Below, piece by piece: positions 25,789-38,622 of a DNA stretch of 64,000 nt. The notes beneath the pieces are model-generated. The model was not told where the DNA came from, ran no database searches, and was given only the letters and a program-made list of their open reading frames with translations. The stretch comes from Tubiluchus corallicola (lineage: Eukaryota > Animalia > Priapulida). Positions within the stretch are counted from its first letter, which is position 1. Every line of letters begins with the position of its first letter. The stretch lies in assembly GCA_030141605.1 (NCBI GenBank), contig JAQGDQ010000678.1:50316-114315 (forward strand), in the 5' to 3' direction. A program made the position numbers and the translations under genes.

Positions 25789-26483
25789 CTAAAAATTGCT
25801 CTAGAATCTTGAGCTGGTTTAAATTTTGAGCTTTACACGGCGAAGCGAACAATGTAAATTGTGAGTCTATAATTGCCTGAGCCAGACAAGGAGGGAAAGA
25901 CGCATGTATTTAGTACCTTATTTTCTTATTTTTTGCCAAGTTAAGGTGAAGTAATTTTCTGTGAACCAGTTGAACTAAAAATTTCTGTTTATTTGACAGG
26001 TAAAACGTGATGAGTGTCACACTCATGGTCATGGTCTTGCATGTGGTCATGTTTTGATGGACTGGACGATTTCATAAATAAACTACAAAACACCTTTCTA
26101 ATGGTTTAATATATATGGAACAAATAACCAAAAACAAAAAATGGAAAACCAACACAAGCTAGCAAAATAGAAGCAGCAATTCACATAAAATGGAATAAAT
26201 GCAGCAAAAATTAACACCAAGAATCGTTACTATTACAATAGAACGACCTGACGGGTGTTGTCAACTGTAAATAAATGCGTTGCTAAGGCGTTGTCAACCG
26301 TAAACAAATACGTTGCTAGGTTCACTTAACCTATGACCTTTTCACGATCGTCGTCAATCGCCGGAACTGCGAAAAGGCTTATTAATCGATATGCAACAAA
26401 CAATTCAATCTACCCGGAGAGAATTTTTACTAATGACACATTATTTAAGCTACTAAAATGCAATTACAAATAAGACTACAAAC

Positions 26484-26495
26484 CTCTTCTGCGGA
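26484..26495 (-). CDS. unc-22: Candidate 12-nt microexon (SAEE)
   Basis: ctaat branch point, long pyrimidine tract, tgatgcag|TCCGCAGAAGAG|gtttgt. Confidence 0.5.
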
Positions 26496-26592
26496 CTGCA
26501 TCAAGCGACGGAGGTCGAATCGGGCGAGCAGGAGAGAAAAGAAAACACATATTAGATTTACAAACAAGGACTTAACAGAAAAAAAAACATCT

Positions 26593-26890
26593 GTGCTCAA
26601 TAATGGACAAATTTATTGAAAGTCTGACATAACACTTGCAATTATGTAAAAGTAGTGTTCAATAATGTGCAAAATTATTGAGTCTAGCGTAACAACTGCA
26701 ATTATGTAAAAGAAGTGCTCAATAATGGACACCATTATTGAAAGTCTAGAGTAACACCTGCAATTATGTAAAACAAGTGTTCAATAATGGACACCATCAT
26801 TGAAAGTCTAGCGTAACACCTGCAATTATGTAAAAGAATGTTCAATAATGAGCAAAATTATTGAAAGTCTAGCATAACACCTGCAATTAT
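26593..26890. repeat. ~61-bp tandem repeat, ~5 copies
   Basis: gttcaataatg...aaagtctagcgtaacacctgcaattatgtaaaa recurs. Confidence 0.85.
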
Positions 26891-27366
26891 TTTTGCTTCT
26901 TGCACGATTTCGTAAAACACTGTCTCAAAATCCTTCCATTATTAAAAAGCACAGATATTTTTGTTCTAAATAAGCAATTCTAACAGACGGATACTATTAA
27001 ATGCTATTAATTTACGTACTGCCGTTGCTATGGTTACGCAAATTTACATTCATCTACTCATTTCTTTTCAAGTCTGTATGACATTGTCGGCAAAACAATG
27101 ATAGTGAAATGAAAAGAAATCAATGCTCTGATAGGTGGGTAATGTTGCTATGATACGTAACTAATGAACGATGCAACTGATTAATTTAAGGGGTGTCTAC
27201 GGTGGGATGCTTCTAGTGTTTGCAGCCAAACCTCCTTATACTGCCCACATTGGGACTGCAAAAAAGGTGGCATTATAGTGCGAGTTTGACATTATAAAAA
27301 GGTGCATCAATACATACAGGTCTGCGCAAATGTAAATATCACGTTCTGCTAAAATTTGGGTATTAA

Positions 27367-28045
27367 CTCCTGCAGGACCGTAAGTGTTTGCTGCATTTTG
27401 CATAGGTTCATGAAAAACTGCTCTCACTGAGCAGCGGTTACGTTATATTTGACAATTTTCTAGGTTTATAATCCTCACACGATGGATTTTCATGCAAAAT
27501 TATATATGAAATGCATTTGGTTTTTGACGAATAAATTGAAAAAAAGCTTTCAGTAACTGCAGTGTTTGCACTGTAACAATGTACAGTATTTCTACAATGT
27601 AGAAAATTTCAACTATCCAGACACAACACTCTGATAAACTTTGGACTCAAATCTACTCTATCGTAAGGAGAAATTCCTGTTAAAAGATGAAACGACCTTG
27701 ATTTCTCCTTGGCTGATCGGTTGGTTTCCCTGGCATAACAGCAGAACACTGCACAGCTTGGGCTTGAGTAAGCAGGCGATCAATAAATTAGTGTGTACGA
27801 TCACGCAAGTGTACACCAGACTAAGCTACTCAATAGACTAAGTTGAAGTGCCCGAAGAGGGCACATTTATCTTAATTTTGTCCAATTAAATCGCTTATAA
27901 ATGTTTAAACAAATAACATGATTGGATAGCCAATATTTTCCTTAATAGAACAGCACATAATTTTTAATCATTTAATTACACTCTGTGCTCATACAGTAGC
28001 AGAAAAGTTATTAATCTTATAAGACCTGCTTTCAACGGGGAGGAG
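27367..28045. mobile_element. piggyBac-like non-autonomous element (family G)
   Basis: ttaa|CTCCT...AGGAG|ttaa; body is the reverse complement of 48477-49201. Confidence 0.7.
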
Positions 28046-28480
28046 TTAAGAGAGACAAGCATTATAAAGGGGGGTATAAGAAGGTTTGGCTGTACAACTC
28101 ATCTTAAGGCATTGTCTGCAATTTATTCCAGAATTCCAAAACTTTGTTTTCGTAACGGGAATGAGGGAAATACTGGTAAAAAAAGTTACGGGCAACTTAA
28201 ACGATAAGCTTTGCTTTTGCAAGCAAAACAACTGGCTAGAAACAGCTTAATAAGATTAATGTAACTTGACATTAATGTGGTAACAGCAGTGAAGATATAC
28301 GTAACTGTATAAAAAACATTTTATAAGACAGTGTAGTACACATTTTTCATTACAAAAATTCTACTTTAAATTATAATTTCTTGTTTATTACATTACAATG
28401 GCGAAATATTGCAAAAATATTTCCTCTATTTGGACAAAAACGGAATCAAGTGACCAGATTAAATGCGTCATTTAGTAATA

Positions 28481-30265
28481 CAGTAAGTTCTCGCTTAACG
28501 ACACCCCATTTAGCGACGTTTCGTTTTAACGACGCTGATCATTTCACACCTTTCTTCGTTTAACAACGCACCGTTTCGTTTTAACGACGCTGATCATTTC
28601 ACACCTTTCTTCGCTTAACAAAGCACTGTTTCATCTTAACGACGCTGATCATTTCACACCTTTCTTCGCTTAACAACGCACCGTTTCGTTTTAACAACGC
28701 TGATCATTTCACACCTTTCTTTGCTTAACAAAGCACCGTTTCATCTTAACGACGCTGATCATTTCACACCTTTCTTCGCTTAACAACGCACCGTTTCATC
28801 TTAACGACGCTGATCATTTCACACCTTTCTTCGCTTAACAAAGCACCGTTTCATCTTAACGACGCTGATCATTTCACACCTTTCTTCGCTTAACAACGCA
28901 CCGTTTCGTTTTAACAACGCTGATCATTTCACACCTTTCTTCGCTTAACAACGCACCGTTTCGTTTTAACGACGCTGATCATTTCACACCTTTCTTCGCT
29001 TAACAACGCACCGTTTCGTTTTAACAACGCTGATCATTTCACACCTTTCTTCGCTTAACAACGCACCGTTTCGTTTTAACAACGCTGATCATTTCACACC
29101 TTTCTTTGCTTAACAACGTACCGTTTCGTTTTAACGACGCTGATCATTTCACACCTTTCTTCGCTTAACAACGCACCGTTTCGTTTTAACAACGCTGATC
29201 ATTTCACACCTTTCTTCGCTTAACAACGCACCGTTTCGTTTTAACAACGCTGATCATTTCACACCTTTCTTCGCTTAACAAAGCACTGTTTCATCTTAAC
29301 GACACTGATCATTTCACACCTTTCTTCGCTTAACAACGCACCGTTTCGTTTTAACAACGCTGATCATTTCACACCTTTCTTCGCTTAACAACGCACCGTT
29401 TCGTTTTAACAACGCTGATCATTTCACACCTTTCTTTGCTTAACAACGCACTGTTTCGTCTTAACGACGCTGATCATTTCACACCTTTCTTCGCTTAACA
29501 ACGCACTGTTTCGTCTTAACGACGCTGATCATTTCACACCTTTCTTCGCTTAACAATGCACTGTCTCGTCTTAACAACGCTGATCATTTCACACCTTTCT
29601 TCGCTTAACAACGCACTGTTTCGTCTTAACGACGCTGATCATTTCACACCTTTCTTTGCTTAACAACTCACTGTTTCGTTTTAACGACATTTTTTTTACT
29701 TTGTTCTGAGCTAATTTTTATTTTATTAACAATTTTTGAAGCACTAAAACAGTACATATTGCATTATTCTGTTCTAAAAATGCACTAGTAGTGCAATTAA
29801 TTTGTAAGAGAGTAATTTGTAAGCCGTTTGTAAGAGACTAAGACTTAGGAGCAAACTTTAGCCATGGAATTTTGGCTGCAACCCGTTGCTATAGCAACCA
29901 GACTAAGTATCTAGATAAAATTCCCCCAGGTCGCCCGTGGACTTGGCTTCAACTCTGCTGTGGTGTTTGTTGTTTTACAGCAGTACTACTAGGTAAGTAG
30001 ATAGAAACCGCTACAGCTAGGTAAGTGATCGGTGGTTTCAAGCAAGCGGAAAGAAATTAATCAGTAGAAACACGAACAAAACTCATAAAATGTTTAGTTT
30101 TTATGACTGAGCAGCATTGATTTTTGTCTCTGGAACGTTCTCAATTCTTTTACATTACTTTATGTAAGTGTTTCGTTTAACGACGCATCGGCTTCGTTTA
30201 ACGACATTTTGCTTAACGTCAGATTTTGCTAGAATGCAATAGTGTCGTTAAGCGAAGACTTACTG
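28481..30265. mobile_element. Tigger/pogo-like MITE (family B) with an internal 55-bp array
   Basis: ta|CAGTAAGTTCTCGCTTAACGAC...GTCGTTAAGCGAAGACTTACTG|ta. Confidence 0.88.
28520..29690. repeat. 55-bp minisatellite, ~21 copies, inside a family B MITE
   Basis: Unit gacgctgatcatttcacacctttcttcgcttaacaacgcaccgtttcgttttaac. Confidence 0.95.
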
Positions 30266-30634
30266 TATGAGAAAAATGATTAAGCACGTAGTCATCTGAT
30301 GACATTTTATAATCGTGTCAAGTCACGTTAAGTCTTATTAAGCTTACAGGATTAATGCACGGTTATTACCATATGACTCAGCTACTGGGGAAACGAATTA
30401 CCAAACGTTTACGATCAAAATGTGAATGCAAGATGCAGAATGACGTAGCGCACTGAATCGCAACTAGAACAGATCTTTGGAAAACCCGAAACTGGAAAAA
30501 CCTACTCGAATTCGCATCGACTTCAAACGGCCAACGACATAACTTTGAATTTCGCCTCCAACCTAACGACAATGGCAAATGATGCAATGCCAGAATGAAC
30601 GTAATGACCGCGAGTATAAAAATCAAGATTGTAC

Positions 30635-30682
30635 CTTTTTCCTGGGTGCCGCGTCGTACTTATCGTACTCATCCAGGTCGGG
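30635..30682 (-). CDS. unc-22: Small exon PDLDEYDKYDAAPRKK, phase 0-0
   Basis: cacattacag acceptor, AAG|gtacaa donor, 48 nt. Confidence 0.7.
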
Positions 30683-32370
30683 CTGTAATGTGCAAAGACG
30701 GTATATTAGTAATTAATAAATATTGCGATTATTGCGATAAACTTTTGCCAAAGTTCCTAATATTAACAAACTTTAAATGTTTTAATAAGCTTGAGTCAAT
30801 CATTACAAGTGTCAAATTTCATGCTTTAAATGTGAAGCCAATCTTTTCCATATTTCTTACAGAAATTATACATGACTCGCAATCAAATCAAAATTATTCG
30901 CTTTTCTTAACCACCATCTTGTCAACATTTTACCATTACGGAATAAGAGAAATCTTTAATCATATTCAGTCTAAAATACATAAAAAAGCTCCCCAAACCT
31001 GTCAGAAGATTTCGCCTTGCTGAATTTAACCCTTAAACGACAAAACTGCACGTGAAATGGACCCCGATTCACGGAGTTAGTTAGTTCGATGAAATACGAC
31101 AAATGAGCTGACGTATTAATAATGTTCGGCATAACAAAACTACAGTGATATGCTGCATGTGGGGGCGTGGTAGATGTGTGTGGGCGGTGAATGCCTGATG
31201 GGTTGGATGATACAGCGGCATAAAGCACGGTGAAATGTGCATGCATGGCAAATGAATGTGCTCTGTTAAGCAGGTATTTGATCGGCACAGGTGTGCAAGG
31301 TGATCAATTATCAGCTTAAAGTGTCTACAAGTAAGCTAATTATGCCACTCATTTATGACGAGGAGGGTAAGCAACCGAGATGTACGGCCCGTTCGCAACA
31401 GCTTGACACCCGAAATGCACCGCCGCTCGTTCTCCGAACTCGCGAGCACACGATGGAAATGACCCAGGAGCTAACGAACGGCCCACACTGCAAAAGTACA
31501 GTATCATTAATGTAGGTGGATGTGGAGGGACTGGAACTTAGCTTATTATTAAGGAAGATCATTTTGTAAGGTGAGACATTGGAGGTGTCTCAGCCACGCA
31601 GCGCCGCAATTAATAAATATTAAACCCAGCAATCACTTATCCAATTACTCCCCGGGCCTGGCCGTTACTTTTCTTTCGTTACTGGCATACATAATAACCA
31701 TCACCCGATTACTGTTTATCTGGCATAGTGTGTGTGTGTGTGCGTGCGTGCGTGTGTATGTACATGCTTGCGTGCGTGTGTATGTGTGTGTGTGTGCGCA
31801 CACATGCGTACGTGTAGCAAAGTTCACAGATAAAAATCATACTATTACATTATAATGTTAATGTAACATTATATAATAACATTGTATTATAATGTCATTT
31901 GTAAAAGGAATGCATAATTCACTAAAATCTTCAGAAGTTATGAAGCAAAATGTTATAAGAATGCTACTGTCAGGACCGTCTTAACAGCTTTACAGCCCCC
32001 CCCCCCGGGGGGCAAAGCAGTGCACTGGGGCCCCCTACCTACACAACCACTGAAAGGAATAAAAATTAAAAATGTTTGATAAAATGAAACATATATTTAT
32101 TGTATTGATACTTCCATCAAAATCAATGTTTAAACACAAATGTTTGAACAAGGTAACATGAGACTTGAAAAATATATATACATGGATTATCAATAGGTCC
32201 TTTTCAGCATGCCCATGCATTAAGATGGCTCTTACTATTGTCCACAGTTTGGATTTCGCTAGCAAATATCACACACGAACTAAAGCATGTAAACTTCAGT
32301 TCATCTTCATCCTTATTTTAAAAAATAGACAAAAAATACTACAAAGTTACTGCAGTGAAAAATCGGATGC

Positions 32371-33342
32371 ATCGTTTGCTAATGAGCCAAGAGAGGGCAG
32401 CAGCAGGATTTGCTACAGGTTACGGGTAATATACCAATATACTGTTGGCCTTGTTATGCATATTGCTTGAAATGGGTGAAATAGACCACTATACTACGTG
32501 TGCTATCGTTTGCTAATGAGCCAAGAGAGGGCAGCAGCAGGATTTGCTACAGGTTACAGGTAATATACCAATATACTGTTGGCCTTGTTATGCATATTGC
32601 TTGAAATGGGTGAAATAGACCACTATACTACGTTTGCTATCGTTTGCTAATGAGCCAAGAGAGGGCAGCAGCAGGATTTGCTACAGGTTACAGGTAATAT
32701 ACCAATATACTGTTGGCCTTGTTATACATATTGCTTGAAATGGGTGAAATAGACCACTATACTACGTTTGCTATCGTTTGCTAATGAGCCAAGAGAGGGC
32801 AGCAGCAGGATTTGCTACAGGTTACGGGTAATATACCAATATACTGTTGGCCTTGTTATGCATATTGCTTGAAATGGGTGAAATAGACCACTATACTACG
32901 TTTGCTACCGTTTGCTAATGAGCCAAGAGAGGGCAGCAGCAGGATTTGCTACAGGTTACGGGTAATATACCAATATACTGTTGGCCTTGTTATGCATATT
33001 GCTTGAAATGAGTGAAATAAACCACTATACTACGTTTGCTATCGTTTGCTAATGAGCCAAGAGAGGGCAGCAGCAGGATTTGCTACAGGTTACAGGTAAT
33101 ATACCAATATACTGTTGGCCTTGTTATGCATATTGCTTGAAATGGGTGAAATAGACCACTATACTACGTTTGCTATCGTTTGCTAATGAGCCAAGAGAGG
33201 GCAGCAGCAGGATTTGCTACAGGTTACAGGTAATATACCAATATACTGTTGGCCTTGTTATGCATATTGCTTTAAATGGGTGAAATAGACCACTATACTA
33301 CGTTTGCTATCGTTTGCTAATGAGCCAAGAGATGGCAGCAGC
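32371..33342. repeat. 134-bp tandem repeat, ~7 copies (a 31-bp repeat follows at 33410-33545)
   Basis: atcgtttgctaatgagccaagagagggcagc at 32371, 32505, 32639 and onward. Confidence 0.95.
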
Positions 33343-33808
33343 GGTTGCGGTGCAAGCGTGTTGGAACAGGTGCACGTTTAACGTCATTGCAAAAGTAAGC
33401 AAGTAGCAATTACTGGAACGTGGAAGGTTTCGTTAGCCTTTAGTTACTGGAACGTGGAAGGTCTCGTTAGCCTTTAGTTACTGGAACGTGGAAGGTCTCG
33501 TTAGCCTTTAGTTACTGGAACGTGGAAGGTCTCGTTAGCTTTTAGACGATTAATTATCGGGAGTTCGAAATGTTGCCGTGGTTCGCAAAAATTCGGGAAG
33601 TCTCATACGCATGATTTTTTAAGTTCTCTTTTACTAAACGGGATGAGAGGAGTTAAAATGTAATTAAAATTTGAGGTATAGTCGTTATCGTCGCCAAATT
33701 TAATTAAGCCAAATCGGTAGAAATGTTATGTAAAGCAGTTTAAGGTATTTTACAGCAGACGGCAGATCAATGCAAATCGATAACTGATATGCGATCGATC
33801 ACGGCTAC

Positions 33809-33982
33809 CTGATCACGACGGCCTAGTCTCAAACGCAGCGAGTTACCCTCGAGCGTGCTCTCGGAGGTGCCCAGGTCGTTGCCGGCCTCGGCGGCTTGTC
33901 GTTCCACTTCCCTTAGGTCAACATGCTCGAGCTCACTTTTCGAAATGCGTTGCTTTTGAGTAGACGCTTTCCTTAGCTTAAT
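33809..33982 (-). CDS. unc-22: Exon IKLRKASTQKQRISKSELEHVDLREVERQAAEAGNDLGTSESTLEGNSLRLRLGRRDQ, phase 0-0
   Basis: ttatgtcacaag acceptor; the CAG|gtagcc donor keeps the frame. An internal donor (G|gtaact, exon end 33847) would give phase 1. Confidence 0.7.
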
Positions 33983-34317
33983 CTTGTGACATAAGAGATG
34001 AGTCGTTAGTAAGAGACATTCCTACCCCATGTACAGCTGCGGTCCAGCGTTTGGCATCAGGCGATTTAGTAGCGTAAAGTTTTGCGAGTTCTCTTCTAAT
34101 TTCATGCCAAAATTTGTCACAAAGCTGAACATTTTTCCAAAAAATTTAAAATGAGACTGAAGCAACCGTTTCAGTTAAAAATAGGAATTTTCTGGGAAAA
34201 AATTTCTAGCAAATGTTTTTCTTTGGGAAGTTGTTTTTTTCTGGGAAATGTGTTTTTTCTTTGGAGAAAGTTTTCTGGGAAACATATCTGGCAACAAAAA
34301 AAGCTCTGTAAGTGCTG

Positions 34318-35028
34318 CATTGTTTCCGACTGCAGCAGAAGCAACACAATTCTCAAAAACCAGACATTGTTTGCGACTGCAGCAGAAGCAACACAATTCT
34401 CAAAAACCAGACATTGTTTCCGGCTGCAGCAGAAGCAACACAATTCTCAAAAACCGGACATTGTTTCCGGCCGCAGCAGAAGCAACACAATTCTCAAAAA
34501 CCGGACATTGTTTCCGACTGCAGCAGAAGCAACACAATTCTCAAAAACCGGACATTGTTTCCGGCCGCAGCAGAAGCAACACAATTCTCAAAAACCCGAC
34601 ATTGTTTCCGGCCGCAGCAGAAGCTACACAATTCTCAAAAACCGGACATTGTTTCCGACTGCAGCAGAAACACAATTCTCAAAAACCGGACATTGTTTCC
34701 GACTGCAGCAGAAGCAACACAATTCTCAAAAACCAGACATTGTTTCCGACTGCAGCAGAAGCAACACAATTCTCAAAAACCAGACATTGTTTCCGACTGC
34801 AGCAGAAGCAACACAATTCTCAAAAACCGGAACATTGTTTCCGACTGCAGCAGAAGCAGCACAATTCTCAAAAACCGGGCATTGTTTCCGACTGCAGCAG
34901 AAGCAACACAATTCTCAAAAACCGGGCATTGTTTCCGACTGCAGCAGAAGCAACAGAATTCTCAAAAACCGGACATTGTTTCTGGCTGCAGCAGAAGCTA
35001 CACAATTCTCAAAAACCGGACATTGTTT
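34318..35028. repeat. 47-bp minisatellite, ~15 copies
   Basis: Unit cattgtttccgactgcagcagaagcaacacaattctcaaaaaccgga. Confidence 0.95.
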
Positions 35029-35367
35029 ACAACTAGCCCAATATGTGGCCGTCTCCAAAGATAAAAGAGTTTACAGGTCGCAGAATTTCATATACCGCCT
35101 CTTTACGTAAAAAGAGATATACGCTGTCTCTTTACGCTACAAGAAATATCGCGTGATGCTAAACACAACGGCTGGACAATGGCGTAACAATGCGCTAAAT
35201 GAACAATGACGGTTTTGTGTACGACAATGACGGAAGATGTCGAGCGTCAATGATACGCCAACGAATGTAACTGAATAACTGCTGAAACAAAACTGAAAGT
35301 GAACAATGAGCAATGAACAATGAGCAAATGACTTCACAATTGAGCAAAGTGTTACGAAGGAGAAAAC

Positions 35368-35400
35368 CTGCTTCGTTCTCTCTAGTCTCGGTAACGCCGG
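35368..35400 (-). CDS. unc-22: Candidate small exon PALPRLERTKQ, phase 0-0
   Basis: ttaaactacag acceptor, CAG|gttttc donor (weak), 33 nt in frame. Confidence 0.5.
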
Positions 35401-35570
35401 CTGTAGTTTAACGGACAGCAAAACTAGGAACTTGGATATTTATGGAAGCTCTACAAACGAAAATACTTCCAAACGCTGATTGTTTACCACTACGGCCGGA
35501 GTGTATAGGGCACTTCATACTTTGAAAGACCTCAAACTCAGCCGTTTTTATAAAAAAATCCATTTTTTCG

Positions 35571-35630
<60 letters not shown>

Positions 35631-36109
35631 TCTCCCTCTCTCCCTCCCCTCTCTCTCTCTCTCTCTCTCTACTACGCAAATACGTGACAATTTGGCTTGC
35701 AAAACATTGTAAAATAGCAGTATTTCTCAGAGAATATTTTTCACAAACAAAAGACAGCCATTCTAGTTTATTTAAACAATTTTCAATTAGATTACTTCAA
35801 GCTATGTAAATATTGCTAAAGTATATCACAAGTAAAAATATTCAAGATGGGGGTGGGGACGTTAGGGGCACCATACTTTCTTCAGCTCGTGGGTCAAAAA
35901 GCCCATAACCCTGTCCAGGTTACAAAAACATTATCTGACAACAGCAGCAGGAACGTTTGATGACATGTCTAAGGTTCAGCGTTCAAGAACGTTCAGCAAC
36001 TATGTTCAACATGAACATATGCAGTCTTTTGGGTCTCCGTAACACTTTGCCCAACGAGTAAGATATAGATTTAGCAAAAAACAAACGTTACGACATGCAG
36101 TGCAAATAT

Positions 36110-36565
36110 AATTCTTAAAATTTTTAAATGTAATTATTAAAAAAATTCTATAGCAAAATGAGTTTTAAAAAATCTTAAATGTAATTTTTAAAACTGCAAT
36201 TTTCGAATAAAGAAATTCTACAGAAAAATGAGTTTTAAAAAATCTTAAATGTAATTATTAAAACTGCAATTTTCGAATAAAGAAATTCTACAGAAAAATG
36301 AGTTTTAAAAAATCTTAAATGTAATTATTAAAACTGCAATTTTCGAATAAAGAAATTCTATAGAAAAATCAGTTTTAAAAAATCTTAAATGCAATTATTA
36401 AAACTGCAATTTTCAAATAAAGAAATTCTATAGAAAAATCAGTTTTAAAAAAATTTTAAATGTAATTATTAAAATTACAATTTTCGAATAAAAATTCTAT
36501 AGAAAAATCAGTTTAAAAAAAATCTTAAATGCAATTATTAAAACTGCAATTTTCAAATAAAGAAA
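36110..36565. repeat. ~72-bp AT-rich tandem repeat
   Basis: aaactgcaattttcgaataaagaaattctacagaaaaatgagttttaaaaaatcttaaatgtaatt recurs. Confidence 0.85.
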
Positions 36566-36769
36566 TAATTTGATTCGACGTGGTTTCTAAGAATTAACAA
36601 AAAACAAATAAAAAAAAATTAAAAACCGAGCAAACTTGCAAAGTAATGATCACACACAAGACAAGCAAATGTGGCGCAAGTGTGAAAATGCTTTAGATTG
36701 ACTTGCTGATGAAATTGAACTCGCAAGAATCAAAGAACCGTGAAAAGTCATGCCGGAGGAAAGAGGTAC

Positions 36770-36828
36770 CTTGGTGAAGTCTTCGACAAGTCCTGTCTTG
36801 GGAGGTTTCTCTCCCACATCTCTTTTAC
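36770..36828 (-). CDS. unc-22: Exon GKRDVGEKPPKTGLVEDFTK, phase 1-0
   Basis: aatttcag acceptor, AAG|gtacct donor; restores phase after the 38623 exon. Confidence 0.75.
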
Positions 36829-37017
36829 CTGAAATTAATTGAGACTATTTTAGAAGTTAACCAGACAGCATGTACATAATCGCAGCATATACAGCATATG
36901 CATAATCGCAGCATATACAGCATGTACATAATCGCGTACAAACAAACATTCTGTGACAAAAAATATTTAAAGTAATTAACTATTATAAGGCGCGAATACT
37001 AAACATAAAATACAAAG

Positions 37018-37137
37018 AACTACGGCTAAATCACGTTGCAAACACCGGTTCTCGTCCGACCACTGAAGTTAAGCAACATAGAGCCTGGTTAGTACTTGGA
37101 TGCGTGACCGCCTATGAATACCAGGTGCTGTAGGCTT
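37018..37137 (+). pseudogene. Degenerate 5S rRNA sequence (SINE head)
   Basis: ...TACGGC..ACACCGGTTCTCGTCCGA..GAAGTTAAGCAAC..GCCTGGTTAGTACTTGGATG.GTGACCGCCT..GAATACCAGGTGCTGTAGGCTT, with several substitutions. Confidence 0.88.
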
Positions 37138-37597
37138 GCGAGATGCCCACATTGTATCTTGACACTAGGCGGAGGAGCTGTACAAGCAGCCAACAGCTAG
37201 AAGGCAGAGGAGGTCAAGTGACCCATCGGCTATGTGTAGAGGAGTAAACCTTCCAAATCAGGAGTGGAGCCCCGAAGGCGGACCAGGGCAGCATGCTCAC
37301 TGACTCCGGCAGCTCCTGCAACCAACCTGGTGCCAAACGTACCGCTCCGCTTTCCTTTGGACTACACCAGGGAGGAAGAGAGGGGGTTCCTGTTGTCTGT
37401 GCAACTCAGGATCTCCATACACCTTGCCCAGGCGTGCGTCCTGGAGGCGTTCAAGGATCGCACTGCTCAGCCACAGTCGACGTTGCAGCTCCATCAATGT
37501 GATCAATAACTGACTCTCTTGGTGCACACTCCATTGTCTTCCGAGACAGAAGGATGCCAACCAGCCAACCAACCAACCAACCAACCAACCAACCAAC
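37018..37597 (+). mobile_element. 5S rRNA-derived SINE (SINE3-like) with (CCAA)n tail
   Basis: 120-nt 5S head without an oligo-T terminator, ~420-bp GC-rich body, (CCAA)n 3' tail; no TSD seen. Confidence 0.8.
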
Positions 37598-37666
37598 AGT
37601 GTTTTAGAAAAGAGTGAACTCACAAATTAGTTAAATTTTCTCAAACGAAAATGAGAAAAAGACAAT

Positions 37667-37726
37667 GCAGAGCCTGGATTTGAACCTCGAGCAAACACAG
37701 CACCTTGGTCACTAGACCACACAGCC
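37667..37726 (-). mobile_element. tRNA-derived SINE head fragment
   Basis: A-box-like TGGTCTAGTGA and B-box GGTTCAAATCC spaced too closely for an intact tRNA. Confidence 0.4.
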
Positions 37727-38622
37727 CCTTGTAATCATGGCAGGTCGGCAATCCGACAACTTCAAGTGCTATTGCTAAGTGTTAACTGATGAAGCTGCTG
37801 CTTTGATCCAGGTTTGATCTCGACGTCTTCACGTTTTGCGTTTTCGGCCAAAAATTTGGTTTCAAAAACCTCAAATGGTTGTTGGTTTAATCCATCTTTA
37901 ACAAGTAATTTTGAGTAAAACAGTGATAAGTTGCAGTACAGGTAGTCGGCGACTTATGACCTACGCAACTTACGACTGCTTGACTTTATGATACGACCAA
38001 AACTTAAGTCTTTTCACAGTTTCGTTGTGCACGCGCCCAGTTTCTGTACGTCAACGGTTAGGTGTACCACAGCGACACATCCTAACTACAGCCGTCACGT
38101 GACGTGTGGGTAAAGTAAAGCCGTTTGTCGCATCAGTTCCGTAACGTCAGTTGTTTTACGTGGACTTTACTTAATTGTGCATTAGTCTGTGCATAGATCG
38201 ATTAACTAGCAGGATCTTGCTTGGGAACAAGAAAAAATGAAGGTTCCAGCAAGCTGTTAAAACTGTTACTATTACAAGTTTATTGTACGATTAATTAAGA
38301 TGATGACGATGACGACGACGAGATGATGATGATGATGTCGATACTCCAAACCGTAAATTGGTTTTGTGGCAAATGCAACAGATGTTAGAAATGTTAATTC
38401 TGAAGATAATGATGAGGGCGACAACGACGATGAGATGATGATAATGATGATGATGGTGATAACGAGGAAATGACGATGATGTCGACTACTGCAAACCATA
38501 AATTGGTTTTCACGACAAATTGAACAGGTGTTAAAAATGTTATTTTGATGATGACTATGATGATGACGACAACGACGACAATGTTCTGCAATTTCAAGCT
38601 GAAAGATTACACTTTCACTCAC

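Noticed and set aside
34151-35110. 250-319-aa ORFs in three frames
   Set aside because: Product of a stop-free 47-bp minisatellite; the same peptide cycles through all frames.
37018-37137. Functional 5S rRNA gene
   Set aside because: Substitutions in conserved positions, no oligo-T terminator, and fused to a SINE-like body and tail.
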